A DNA stretch of 59,627 nt, counting the filler, from Circinaria calcarea (taxonomy: Eukaryota): assembly GCA_051942165.1 (NCBI GenBank). It is 8 parts of 8 records of this genome, joined end to end, with 100 filler letters (N's around TTAATTAATTAA, not from the genome) between each part and the next. Parts side by side here need not be neighbours in the genome. Positions count along the whole stretch, not along the records: positions 22,428 to 29,797 come from JAVECS010001350.1; positions 29,898 to 37,267 come from JAVECS010001351.1; 6 more parts are not named here. One strand, 5' to 3'. The notes under the pieces were generated by a model. The model did no database searches and was not told the DNA's origin. It saw only the letters and a list, made by a program, of their open reading frames with translations. Positions 22,718 through 35,476 of this stretch are shown one piece after another; within the stretch, counting starts at the first letter, position 1; every line of letters starts with the position of its first letter. The position numbers and the translations under genes were made by a program.

Positions 22718-25619
22718 GTCACCATGGTGTAGTAACTAATGGATATGTTGAGCCTTACCAGCCGCGCCATGTGTCCAAACTTGGCCGTATTTTCATGAGC
22801 GCTTGGCGATGGAATATTGATAGATCAAAATTCATGAGATGAATGAAACTCGAAGTCGGCATCTGTAGCATTACTGTTGTTCTACCTGTTGATTGATACC
22901 CACATACACCTTGGAGCGTTCTGCAGATGGAGCACCCGCTTCTCCAGAAATCTATGCCTCCTACCTTTGTAATGATGTTCTATATTCGAACGAATTTCAT
23001 AAGAAGTCATATCCAGCATTCAAGCCCTCACTCTATGTTTTCCCATTCCGACATCCTTCACTTTTTCATGTGCACTTCACGGAAGCACTAGGAGAAAGGG
23101 TATTTTTCATACGTAATAAGTTAAACATCAGCGCATACCAGCCCATCTCAATGTCGTTAATCAGATCGAGTCAGTATATTTCCTGTCAACTAATCATGAG
23201 GTAATATGTTCCTAAGTATTTAGCAATGGCTATCATGAAGCTCGAAATAGCAAAAGTAACCAATCAACCAAGTCTTACTCGCTAGGCTAATCGGAAATTT
23301 CGTTCTTTAGCTACCTGGCCTTTCCCTCCAGGCGGTCAAGATTGAAATAGATTTATGGTCCGTCACATATATATGAGTATTTTTGCTGCTTGAATTACTA
23401 TACTTTGTACGGGAAACGGGTATTTAATCACATCATCTTTCTACTTTGAGCTCTCCTGAGATATACCTTACTTCTCGAGTCTTTTGTCTTATTTCCTTAC
23501 TTGAAGGCTTCACGATCCTTCTTTTTTTGAGTTTTGCCTAGTTGATATACACGATGATTACTCATGATGCTGCAGACCTACTAGAGTAAGGTCTTGCGAC
23601 CGTAGCAACCAATTGCAAGAGCAGCAACGCCAGTATTTATTATATACTCTGAGCCTTCTGCTTCCAGTATACCGCCTTACCTAGGGATGCCAGGTCCTCG
23701 GACGATCCGGCATGTTTAACATCACAACTCACAACAATAATGCTCTTCCGATTGCAAAAACATTCGACGAGGATCCGGGCGAACAGCGGTCACGGGAAGA
23801 CTACCAATGTCACCCAGATTTGGGGTGATTAGCAGCTCATCTGACAGTACGATTGATATTCCTAAGCGGCAACTTTACAGGTCACACAGTCTGTGAGACC
23901 ACAAAGGCCACGGGGTCCCACATAATTGCTAAGGACATTAGAAGCCTCTTGGCAACCCAGGGGCTCACGAACGAGATTATAACAGCAAATATTGCATCGA
24001 TGGCCCAGGGAACGACAAATGTCAGATGATACCCTCGATAGTAATAACGTTCAATGCAGATAGCTGCAACAACCATGTCAAAAAATTACAGCAATACATT
24101 GGCCTTTCCAGCTCTAGGACTAGAGGATGCTAGTGAACACCTGATAATCCCGCCTGACATAAAACAATCCCATTGAATATTGTGTATTGCCAGACGAAAG
24201 AGCGCACAGTAAGGAATGATTGAACAGTACAATTCGAGGGCTTGAAGATATCCCGGTGCGACATAGCGCGGGATTCAATGACAGACACATCTATCTAAGG
24301 GTACAACGCGTGAAGAGGCCCATTGTGGGAAGCTTATACGAGGGAAAAATGGAAATACGGTACATCTTCCCTAGCCGCAAACAGTAGAAAGGATTACCCA
24401 TCCCGCCAGTTCGAGAGCCAAGAATGCGGGAATACCAGGGAAAGAAGACTAGTTAAAACTTTAAAATCCTGGAGGTTTGGACTGCATGAGCAACAAAAGA
24501 AGCTCTGGCAGTAGCCGTGTGCATGAAAGGCCAAGGCGAAGACGAAGAGCGTCTTTTACGGAGGGCCAAAGCACGATATTGGCAAGAGACGCACAGAACA
24601 AAGCAGCGCATACGAGGAGAATGCAAGAAGATGTGTGGCCAGGCCAAAATGGGCTATAGGCGCCTAAATCCCTGATAGTGCGCCTTCGGCTTCCATCCCG
24701 GCAGGGATAAGGTTGAAAAGACTTTCACCGAGGTGGATCTACCAGAGGACAAGACTGACTCAGTCTGAGCGTTTGCGAAGAAGGACCCAAGGGTATATGA
24801 GCTAGATGGGGAATACGTTTGAAGGACCCGGAGCTACCATGAGTTCCAAATGGTGATGAGGTCTAGTATCGATAGTATCATCGTCGGCACAGAAGGTGAG
24901 ATGAATAGTTAGTTGGGACTGTCAAATCAATTTGGGATTTGAGAGGAACTGGAACTGGTTGGATGCTACTATGATAGCTAATTCTTCGAACCTCCGGATG
25001 ACGGCGTCAGCGGAGCATCGGGTATGTGACCATTAATAACAATACAAGGTCTCGATCCTTACAGCTCACGCAATTAAAACTATAACGCGCCTCAGAGCTT
25101 TGATGGAGGAGAGAATATGAAGAATCAAAAGACGGAGGAAAGCCCCAGCTTACACCGGGTCAACAGATTTAATATGCAAGAAGTGTCAGCAAAGCATACA
25201 CTCAAATAGAATAATTTCTTACCTCTTTAAGTAGCATTTACTGGATCCCAATCTCCCTCTGCACCATCACCTTCTCCACCGCCGCTATCACATTCACCTT
25301 ACTGCAATCACAACCACGCCCACTGGCCCCACCGCAATATCATGGCGCGCGCAGTACAACGCTTATTATAAAGCTTATAGATTTTCAGGACAGAAATCTT
25401 CTACTCTATATCACAAGAAAACTAATAATAGATATAAACTTCCTAAAAACGATACCCAATATCCATTAAAAAGCAGATAACACACGGGGATGAGCTTACA
25501 GTCGATTTAAGACTGCGTCGAAAAACTCCGTTCTAAATCTAACAAGTCGGCTTACATTTTTTTATTATACCTCTCTATCTCTGGAAAAAAGCCTAAGATA
25601 GTAATAAAGCCTCTAAAGG

Positions 25620-27156
25620 CGAAGACGAGTTTTTTGAGGGTTTAGACCTCGAAGATTGTGAGAAGTTTAAAAACGGGCCATTTTTTAAGATGGGGACTAT
25701 TACAAACCTCGCAAACTCTAACTCGGATGACACGATTAATTTTGACTGCAGTCAATATAAAAATATGTCTGGATTTTGGATGGAATCGATGGGTTTGGAG
25801 GAAATCGCTGAAGTTTTTGGTGGCGATGGTAGTTAGGGTGAGTTGGAGGACACATATCACCCGACAAATCGCGGTGAAAACCAATCCCCGTGGCGTTAGG
25901 TTGATCAGAGATGATATAATCAACGACGCAAGACAGACCGCAGGATATTTGAACCTATTGAGTACTAAAGCTCTACGTGATCTTTTTGAAGAGGAGGAAG
26001 TAGGTTTGATTCTGGACAAATGGGCTAAGGCGAAACTCAACGGCTTCGGGGATGTAGGCAAAAATGAAAGGTCATAATGGACGTCAAGAAATCTTTTCAA
26101 CTACATAAACGATCCGGCGTCTATTATCACAGAAAGTTTGGGAGAGCTGACGGTTCCGGTTACCCACCTATTTATATCCAGGAAAAAACGAGAGCCGTGG
26201 GTATATATCGTGGATAGTGACGATTTTTCATCTATTCAGCGCCTCCCCCGAGAGATTTCCTGACCGAAACAACCCTGCCGTAGAAAAGGAAGTCGGCGGA
26301 TATTCCTCTGAGGATTGGAATTGTGGCTACGACCTCCTCCGCGTGTACTAACAGCAGCTGTTTAATAGGGCATCGAGTAGCTTTTCTAGTTCGCCTCTGA
26401 TGATTACTAGGCATATCTCGTCCCTTCTTGCTCTTTGGAGGTTTGGGAAAGTAGTTGGGAAACGGCCTTGTTCCTCGACTTTTCCTTACTATGCCATCAG
26501 TCGCCATCAGTCAGCCCTGTGCGTTTGACCCACGATCTCAGGCGCGAAAGGCTAGATCGAACCGGAACCGGCAGTTCCTGCGTGCTTCTTGGATTCTTGG
26601 AAACCCTGAGGGTGCAGCCGTAAAAGGGGGCAAAAGTTCGGATGACACGAAGCTCTCCAAGATATGTAAATGCACGGCCCGTGATACGTGGGAAGATCTC
26701 GAGAGCAAGTTCTACCTCGTTTCAGATATGGACGGTTGAGAAGGAGTTTCAAAAGAGATATCCTTTTCATACACACAATAATATGCTGATTACCGTCATG
26801 GTAATCAGGCAGTCAATCTCCCCCAGTAAACGGTAAATCAGAATAACCCAGGCAAGGAAATCGACGCAGAAATATTCAAAAGGCTTCTAGAATCGGATAA
26901 ATGGATTAATATCCAAAAATACAACTTCCGAGGCACGAGGAAAAAGCTAGCGTGGGCACACAACTCGAAAGTCGAAACAGACACGAAAGAAAAAACAAAG
27001 GCCAAAAGAAAAGTTGATAGCGAAATCAATTCGGTGAGCGAACGGTCTAAACAAACGCCTTTATCTACTGCCAGATTATCAAAAACAGTCACGACCCCCC
27101 AAAGCCCCAAAACTGCAGACGAGGAAGAAATAGAAGAGGAAGTGTGGAGGAAATAG
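25620..27156 (+). pseudogene. Decayed gene of unknown family
   Basis: Protein-like frames read through isolated stops (26075 TAA, 26737 TGA, 26779 TAA, 26827 TAA) and end at EEEIEEEVWRK*; AT-rich surroundings. Confidence 0.35.
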
Positions 27157-28555
27157 GGTGCTCCGCTATGCTCCTAAGGTACAGGCAAAGACGCTGCCGG
27201 GAATGGGTAACGGGAGCCTGAATAGTGAAGAATTAAAGGGTATATAGCATGAACTGACTGCTATAGTATAGTGCATATATGAAGGAAGTATCAGGACCGG
27301 ATCCAATATTGCATTTCTGACTGCTCTGCTATGTGTATATGTATGTAGGAGTCCTCCATGCCTGCCCGCCCATTCCATATGCGCGCCCAGTCACTAGTCA
27401 CCTTGGCTTCACTATAGAAGAAGGACCTGGTAATACCAATGGGAATAATCCGTAAACCAACCAAGGTTAGTTATAATCCACACTTTGTGGGATGAACTTT
27501 ATAGCTAATAATACTGATAGCTCCATATTAAAAAAGAATGAATAAAAATAAACAGGGTTCTATATCCTATAAAGAACCATCTCACTCCGATTCTGGCTAG
27601 GGCACGCAGCTTAGATGAACACTTCAGAAGAAAGCACAAGGAGATAAGAAAATATAATCACCAAAACTATCCTTTGAGATTTAAAAATAAGGGGTTGTGA
27701 GGGTATCTCCATAGAAAGAAGCAAAATATTAAAATACAAAATCTGCTGAGAATATTTAAAAACGTGTAACAGGAGACGTTTGGGGGCTAATTGATAAAGA
27801 CATAACGAGTCCGCTGAAAAGATCGATGCCTGAACTTCCCGTAGAACAACAAAACTTTTTAAACAATCTAATTGAATGCCTGAAAAAAAATTCAAAATTA
27901 TGCACCGATAATCTTCCGGGAATCGAAGCTGATTTGGGAGTCTTTGAATCTTCACGACGGGTAGGATGGTTAAAGTAAAATCAAGCGGTTGTTGATTGAT
28001 GCGGTTTTGCTTTCCGTCGAGTCCCCCCTTCCCTTTGCGGACACGGAATCGAGCACAGGCCCACTCGTTTTCGTTTGCCGACGATTCGATGTTCTTTGTC
28101 GGACCGAGGGGACTGGTCTCACTTTTCCCTTATTTCCCGCCCTAGACCTCTGCCATTGTATTTTGATATTAACTCACGCATGACCAGTGGCGGTTTGAAC
28201 CCTTCCAGACAAGATGCTTTATCATCGGAGAGAGTCAGAAGAGTAATCTGTTTCGTTTCGGTTTTCTGGGTAATGATTCACGGGCTTCTTTGTTCTCGCC
28301 CCGGGGGAGAGCGCCGAGGAACAATAGCTTACAATGTCTGGCACGTTGCTGGAAAGGTTGTATAAGAATGCCTATCATGCTCACCTTCCCATTGCTATTC
28401 AGACATCGGCTTATACCACACTTTCAAAGACTTGGAAACCTTGCATTGCAGATCCAGGTACAACCTACTACTTGTTTTCTAAACTCGCATTCTTCTATTG
28501 CAAAAACATCGATCTCGCGCCTTCCAGTCATCCGTCAAGGCCAAACAAAACAAAA

Positions 28556-28813
28556 ATGCCAAATTGCCCACGATGCAAGTATAATAATATCATTCCCCAC
28601 AGTAACAATCCGGACCCTAAATGCGAGAACTGCGACAGAGCGATTCCTTTCTTGGCCCTATTAAACCCTCCGGCGACAGCGAACCCTCCGGCGACAGCGA
28701 ACCCTCCGGCGACAGCGAACCCTCCGGCGACAGCGAACAACCCGGCGACAGCGAACAACCCGGCGACAGCGAACAACCCGGCGACAGCGAACAACTCGGC
28801 GGCCGGCAATTAG
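28556..28813 (+). CDS. 85-aa protein: CxxC-x15-CxxC zinc ribbon plus N[PN]PATA repeats
   Basis: CAAAAATG start; MPNCPRC..CENC; 18-bp repeat x7 (28664-28789) in frame. Confidence 0.5.
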   Translation: MPNCPRCKYNNIIPHSNNPDPKCENCDRAIPFLALLNPPATANPPATANPPATANPPATANNPATANNPATANNPATANNSAAGN

Positions 28814-29056
28814 TCTACGACTGGGGCACAAGTTTCTGAAAAGCGAAGGATGTTGAAGATAAGGTTAGACAGCACAAAACGTGGAAAAGGAGCGGAGTGA
28901 AGGGTACATGAGCGGCAAGAAAGGGAAAAAATCCTGTAATTAGAGCGCAGAGCTAGAAGACAATAGTTATCAGACATGTTGGAAGAGAGATAATATCGCT
29001 GAGTGGGATGCACATGCAGTAATGCCAACGCGCTCTCAATTCGTATCATAACTAGC

Positions 29057-29797
29057 TCAATTTTGCTCTTTGCGAGACTCCTGCTCTTCGCGGGCTTCTT
29101 CTTCGGCATTCTTCTTTGTCCACTCTTGCTCTCTGCGGGCGTATTCTGCGGCATTCCTCTTTCTTCCGTACTCCCTGGACTTCACCCACCAATGAGCCTC
29201 GCATGAAAACCCTTCTCGAATCAACGCATCAGATAATATCCACGTCCAATCAAATTGATCTTGGGGTGGCGGCTCGATGTTTTCCACCCCAAAAGAAACG
29301 TTTACACGAGGATTAGTGGCGATATACCAGTGCGGAAAATAGCCGGCACTTGCCCAGCCGATGATACAGCTCAATTGTACATGTCCGTTCTTCTCCGCGG
29401 GCATGTGTACGAATATCTTCGGGGGCACTAGAAGAGTGTGGGTGAATAAAAAGTACTCCCCTAGATCAGGAGGCGCCTCGCCCGTAAGTTTCGTGATACG
29501 TTCCTTTACTTCCTCAATGGTGAGAGGAGGATGGACGAGAGGCTGCCATAGCGGAAAATCCCAAGAAAATCTGCCGCCGAGCAAGGGTCCTTCATAAGTG
29601 ATGCCAGCACCGGTAATTTTCTCGCACCGACGTGACTTGAGTTTAGCCAGTGTAACAACGTGTTTCGCTATCTGAGATGCAAGATCCGTGCGTTGCTCTG
29701 TAGACATCCGAGTCCAGGCCTCGTTCATGCACTCGCCTGGCACTCGCCTCTCGATAATAAAGGTCCGGTTCCAGGCGGGGTCAGCCCAGTTATAGAG
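29057..29797 (-). CDS. APH/choline kinase-like phosphotransferase fold with catalytic motifs degenerate; 5'-truncated
   Basis: WADPAWNRTFIIERRVPG, EAW..MS..QR..LA.QIA, F.FTHTLLVPPKI (normally HxDLxPxNI), IIGWASAGYFP (normally IIDW). Confidence 0.7.
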   Translation of the reverse strand, partial: LYNWADPAWNRTFIIERRVPGECMNEAWTRMSTEQRTDLASQIAKHVVTLAKLKSRRCEKITGAGITYEGPLLGGRFSWDFPLWQPLVHPPLTIEEVKERITKLTGEAPPDLGEYFLFTHTLLVPPKIFVHMPAEKNGHVQLSCIIGWASAGYFPHWYIATNPRVNVSFGVENIEPPPQDQFDWTWILSDALIREGFSCEAHWWVKSREYGRKRNAAEYARREQEWTKKNAEEEAREEQESRKEQN

Positions 29798-29897
29798 NNN
29801 NNNNNNNNNNNNNNNNNNNNNNNNNNNNNNNNNNNNNNNNNTTAATTAATTAANNNNNNNNNNNNNNNNNNNNNNNNNNNNNNNNNNNNNNNNNNNN
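29798..29897. other. Artificial contig linker
   Basis: N44-TTAATTAATTAA-N44. Confidence 0.99.
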
Positions 29898-30535
29898 ATA
29901 TATGGTTATTATAGCGAGAGATATGGGTCGTCGGACGCATTTCCTTATATAAACTCCCGAAATAGTTAAGGGAAAAACGGTAATATAAATAGATGATATA
30001 ATATATAAAAATCATGCTCACGCACGTTGAAATTTTGATTAAAAACCTCACTCGGAGCGAGATCTAATAGTGATTTCATTATTCCAATAAACGTACGATC
30101 ATGAATAGTGTGTTGTGATTAAATTATAGCGACCGAGCAGTTGAAGATTTTCAGAAATAACGCGTATCTGAGATTCTCGGATCGGCTCTGCTAGTCCTCC
30201 CAAGGGGCCTAGCGCCACACGTCTGAGAACTGAGGCAACTTCTTGACATATATTCTCTGTATACGGCGTGTCAACAGAAAGAGCACACTCTTGTCTTCAA
30301 CAAGGAAGGACCTCTTCGACAGGTATTCTTCTTCAACTGTGACGGCCTTTTGATTTATGAAATTTTCCATCAATTGAAGAGCCATTGTAGTACATTGTAT
30401 GCTCTCTACACTACTAGACAACATCGATATCCTAACAGGAACCAGGTATTGTTTGTGAATCAAACTGTCTCTGCTGGCATTAGAGTAACAACTAAAAACC
30501 ACATCCCTGAACTTCAGCCTACTGAGTCGACTACA

Positions 30536-31634
30536 ATGGTTCTGTCCCGGGAGACCCAAGCTTTCCGAAGAGACGCACAATACAATGGACAGCTTCTCAC
30601 AGCGGAGGAAAGAGAGAGGCTGGTAAAGCCATACCTACCTTCGCCTTCGTCTATCACAGGTTCCTCGTCCCCGAATAGAGTCCAACCGATACGAACCTTC
30701 CTGAAGACTCAGTTACACGTTCTTGTGTTCACAGTTATCCACACAATCTTCTCCATCTACGTTCGATTGCGGCAAGCGTACCACGCGATCATTAGTCGGA
30801 CATTCGCGATACTCTATTACCATCACCGAACGCCAGAACTCATCCAGAAAGATGTGCGGGGGTTAAGAAGATTACCTGAACATTTGAGCGTAGTGCTCGA
30901 GCTTCAGGCTGAAGAAAAGGGTGGAGCCGGGCTAGAAATTCTCTTGGACGATTTGGCAGAATTATCTGCTTGGTGCGCTAGCGTGGGCTTACCCATACTG
31001 AGCGTATATGAAAGAACTGGTACGAAGTCTGTAGGGGACGGAGGTTTCTTAGTCGATATATAGTTGACGGTGACTTCAAATAGGTATCCTCAAAAGGTAT
31101 ATACCTGCGACGCACCGCGCAGTATCTTCGAAGCTCCATGCATATTTCGGTCGGCGGAGGCCTTCCCTCCAAATCCAAGCGCCCCATCTACAATCTTTCC
31201 TAAATGGCGACGTCTCGGAAAACTCGACCTTATCCGGTAATGCAGGTACAACGGGTAGCGCATTTCACTTCATGTATTATCCTTGCTAAGAGACGCCATC
31301 AGGGCATCTCTCCATTCTCCTTCTCTCATCCGAAGATGGTCGTTCAACCCTTGTCGATCTTACCAAGACTCTGGCGGAAATGTCGCAACGAGATAAATTA
31401 TCTCCGTCTGACATCTCTCTCGACCTCATTGACGCAGAAATTAGTGAGAGTATCATGGGGGAACCAAACCTTTTGCTACTATTCGGCCCCAACGTTCAAT
31501 TACAAGGCTATCCACCCTGGCAACTTCGTCTGACTGAAATATTTCATGTCAAGGATAATACTGGGGTGGAGTATCAGGTCTTTCTTCGCGCCTTGCACAG
31601 TTATGCTAAGGCGCAGATGAGGTTTGGAAGATGA
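30536..31634 (+). CDS. NUS1: Dehydrodolichyl diphosphate synthase subunit Nus1/NgBR (2 introns)
   Basis: HHRTPELIQKDV, LPEHLSVVL, AWCASVGLPILSVYERTG|IL, SEDGR, EPNLLLLF, GYPPWQLRLTEIF, C-terminal RFGR (RxG). Confidence 0.93.
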
Positions 31635-32170
31635 AATCGCCCTCTAGTGACATTCTTGAGCAGCGCAAGTAAAGTGGTTCAACGTTGACCACAGCTCAAG
31701 CGCCTTTTTGGAGGTCCTCTATTGCCACTTCCTATTGGACTATACAAGACGGTGACAATGAATGCAAGTATCCACTACTGAGTGTAGCCTACTGACTAAT
31801 CGGATTTGCTCTCTTCCAGGGAGGGGCCTCACGACAGTCAGATCACCATCATATTCATCTCTGGTCCTCGATATAGTACTAAAGAATGTGAATGTGTCGT
31901 GTCTTCCAATGTTGAGCCAGCCTAAGTCTTGATGTCGGAGACACAGTTATCACTTTAGGAACAAGCATTCATCTTGTTACATGGGGTATGGCAGGTAATC
32001 ATTCTATCTGGAGTTTCTATAGATTGATCTGAGGTTACGCAAGATCCGTTTGCGTCCAGAGCTACTCAAATAACCTTGTCCTGGGATTTTCTTTCAACAA
32101 TAATTGAAACTACGATAAAGCTTACAACGACTGCAACGACAGTATCGTTTCTCGTTATCTTGTCTTCAAA

Positions 32171-32851
32171 ATGCATACCCATCATCCACGTTATATCATT
32201 TGTAGCCCATCGCAGCAATATTACGTCTGCGCGTTCAATGGCTTCGATGGCTGCTGCTCCATCAACCCCTGTTCGCTTGTAGCAGGATGCCCGGACACTG
32301 AAACCATTGGGATCGGAAATGGACCTTTTACATCGACGAAAGCTGGGCAAGCTACGATTGTTCAACCCGTTGAGTCTTCTGCTACGCTATTGATAGTAGG
32401 GAACTCTATAAGCTCGTCTCCTGAGACCTCAGCGCAGACAGTGCTTCCCACGGCTTCTGGGATCATCACGACGATATCATCGACTACCACTGCTACAAGC
32501 CTAGTCTCACACGGCTCTAATGCTGTTTCTGGTTCCAGGAGCAATTCAAACACTCACGATAGATCGGCCAGCTCCGCTTCAGGTACGCCACCTGCGACCA
32601 GCTCCGCCAGTTCAACGCCTACTACACTCGCGGCAGCTGCCGGGGCCCAGCGCTCGCCAACATCAAAAGGAGTTGTTGCGGGATCGGTGATAGGGGCGGC
32701 GGCTTTCGGTTTGGCGCTTCTATCTCTGCTCTTGTTCTGCCGTAGGCGGGTTAAGCGGAAGAAGAAGGTAGTCGAAGAAGTGCAGGTGCAACAGGTCAAG
32801 GTGGCGAATGTGAATGAAGGGAAGGACGACCCGCACAAAGGGTTCTTTTAA
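32171..32851 (+). CDS. Single-pass Mid2-like surface protein with an N-terminal Cys motif
   Basis: C..YYVC..NGFDGCCSINPC..GCP, Ser/Thr-rich stalk, TM GVVAGSVIG..LLLF, basic stop-transfer RRRVKRKKK. Confidence 0.7.
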   Translation: MHTHHPRYIICSPSQQYYVCAFNGFDGCCSINPCSLVAGCPDTETIGIGNGPFTSTKAGQATIVQPVESSATLLIVGNSISSSPETSAQTVLPTASGIITTISSTTTATSLVSHGSNAVSGSRSNSNTHDRSASSASGTPPATSSASSTPTTLAAAAGAQRSPTSKGVVAGSVIGAAAFGLALLSLLLFCRRRVKRKKKVVEEVQVQQVKVANVNEGKDDPHKGFF

Positions 32852-35476
32852 ACCTGGAAGAAGTAAAAGTGGTTTAAACTTGAACGAAAGAAGATGGCAG
32901 GGCTTGAAGGAAGACGCCTTTTGGGAAAGTACTGCCGGCTACTGTGAAATATCTTAGACTTGAAGAAGCTTGTGTCCAGAATGACCTCATCGAATTCAGC
33001 AGGCCGTGATGTTGTACCAATAATCTTGCTTCCATCAGGGAATCCCTAGTCATGTTTTACAAAGATAGCCATTCAACTTTGAGCCGTTTCAAGCATCAAT
33101 TTCCAAGATATCCCAAAGATATTTCATAAGGGCGTAGGTACGACGGCTATCCCTAGCGAGGTAGTCTCGCAGGGTGAGGGAAACAACAGCCACACTCTCG
33201 GCTTAAGGGTGTCTTCCTGCCCCGTTCTTGCGTGAATCACCCGGAGATTTCCCGGCACCTTCTTCTGCTGCTTCCCATCTAACAATACACACCCCATTCT
33301 TCGTTCTAGGGAATCGCCTATGGAACGGCCCCTCGGATGCGGTATTTAGGTACCCTAACCCGGAATCTCCACGATTTCATGCGATCCAATCTTGAATGAC
33401 GGATGGGCTTCGAAGATATCGGCTCGCACGTCGAGCAGCTCTATCAAGGCTAGCATGCCCGGAGAGGGACGAAAGGTGCCTTAGACACCGATAGCTAATG
33501 GAAGCTTTTCAGCAGCTGCCAGAAGAAGCAGGTCGTCATAATAAAGCCCAAGGCTAACGGAGTGAGTACGACCCTGGAGATCTTAGGCGCGGATAAGAGA
33601 AACGGCCGTAGCACTAGCAAAGGGTTGAGTTTGGATGGCGGGGAAAGCGGCCGATGACCAGAGTCTCGATCTCCCAGTTCTCGAACAGGCCTACTCCGTA
33701 CCAGTCAAGTAACGAATGCGGAGTACTGCATTTATACGGGTACTCCGGTATGCGCATCGTCCAATCGAGAAGAACATCTTATACAGTACTGAGTACTCTT
33801 GAACGGGAACATGCAGGAGACCAAGCCAGGCACTCATAATATGCGCAACATCCACTCCAAGGACGCACGCCGCGCCGGATGTTCCCCTTTGCTTGATCCA
33901 TCCGGCGTGATCCCGTTTTGAGCATTCCTGCCTACAAGTTACACCTCAGCAAAGGTAGATGATAATCTTCGCCTTCAGGCAGACTACCAAGAGAGGCTCA
34001 GGCTCCGAGCAGCCTGCAGAACTACGCCCGACGTCCCCCATCTTCCAATCCGCTTTCAGGGAACGTTTGGGCTTCCTTTAAGCGACGGATGGGGCGGGAG
34101 AGGGAAAGCAGTGATCGCCTTCCACTCAAGTGCTGGAAAGGGCAGAGGTCCAACTTATTACTACGGCATAGGTGATGCTGGATATGGTAGGGACTTGGCG
34201 AGCATGTTGCTTTTGATTTTTTGATTGGCGCCTTAAATGGTCATTGCTGCATCTATTGCCTATAGGTATGTGATTTCTTAGGGCCATGCACGCAGTCGTC
34301 ATTGTCATCACTACCACCTTGGCTAACCATTATCCCTGTTTGGAACCATCTTTAATGTGAAGTTTGATAAGGATGATATTCTTAGAAGATTCTGATCACA
34401 TCCATTGCCGCTACCAGACCATTGAATTCTCACCAAAGTGCCTCCTATTTTGAGCTCGGAACATGTGATTTGCTAGATACTCCGTACTTGGAATGCTCGA
34501 TGGTCAACCGTCATCAGCCTTGAGCTCGACAGGTGCAGGCTAAGCTGCTGATCGTAGCCCTGCGTATGCATCCTGTATTTTCATGGCCAAGGTACAGGAG
34601 GCCGAGTGCCAATGCAGACACAGCCACTGTATCCTCAGAATGGCAATTCTCCGAGACCGCAACGCCGCATAAGCTCTGCAGCTGACAACTATTCGACCGT
34701 CTGTGAGACTTGAACGAGGGATCGACGGCTCAACGTCACGGCCTCCATCCCCTAGGCACCGAGAGACTGGTGCAGATGATGACCAACATGAAATCATGCC
34801 ATCGGACTTCCGGTCACCAGGACGAAGCGCTTGATAGCAGGAGGGTAGTATCGTTTTATATGATAAGTCCAACTCGGTACCGTTCCAGCCGAATACCACC
34901 AATCATCCATGCCACCGTAGATTCGGCCCGGAGATAAGGTAGAACAATCACGACCGCGGGATGCCTTTAACACGCATTCTGCATCGAGCTTTTTATGATA
35001 ACGTCCTGCTTGTGTGTGCATATCGCTATGCATCTCCTTCCTAATTCGGCTCCGAATGGGAACGCCCCTCGTGCCCGCGTTTGTCTATGCAAGCGTATAT
35101 CCCTGTGGGACACCCACCGGCCACCAGGAATAGGTAAAGCCTGCCCTCACGACAGCGAATATCAAACTGTCGCCATCTCCGATACTAGAAGGTGATTAGC
35201 TGCTCGAGGTGGCCGCCCAAGGCAAGAGCGACCAATGAAACGACTTGAGGAATGAAAAAGGCCTTCGCGATGACATATACCAGCAGCTCCACAAGTCCTC
35301 CAGCACTTTCGTCTGCAGGTTCCATAGGACAGCGTCTTTTGCACGGAGCCTCAACCTAGTAGCAATGGGTGATAAGCAGCTACCGAGCCAAGACACGAAG
35401 TCGAGTTGATAAAGATGGCAGTCCCCACGTCCTCGTTGACAGACTACCGCTCTTCACAAAGGGACCATCTGCCACC

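Noticed and set aside
33690..34490. Recurrent TACTCCGTA/TACGGAGTA motif (also near 10224, 15733, 42455)
   Set aside because: A common intergenic motif in filamentous ascomycetes, not specific to any locus here.
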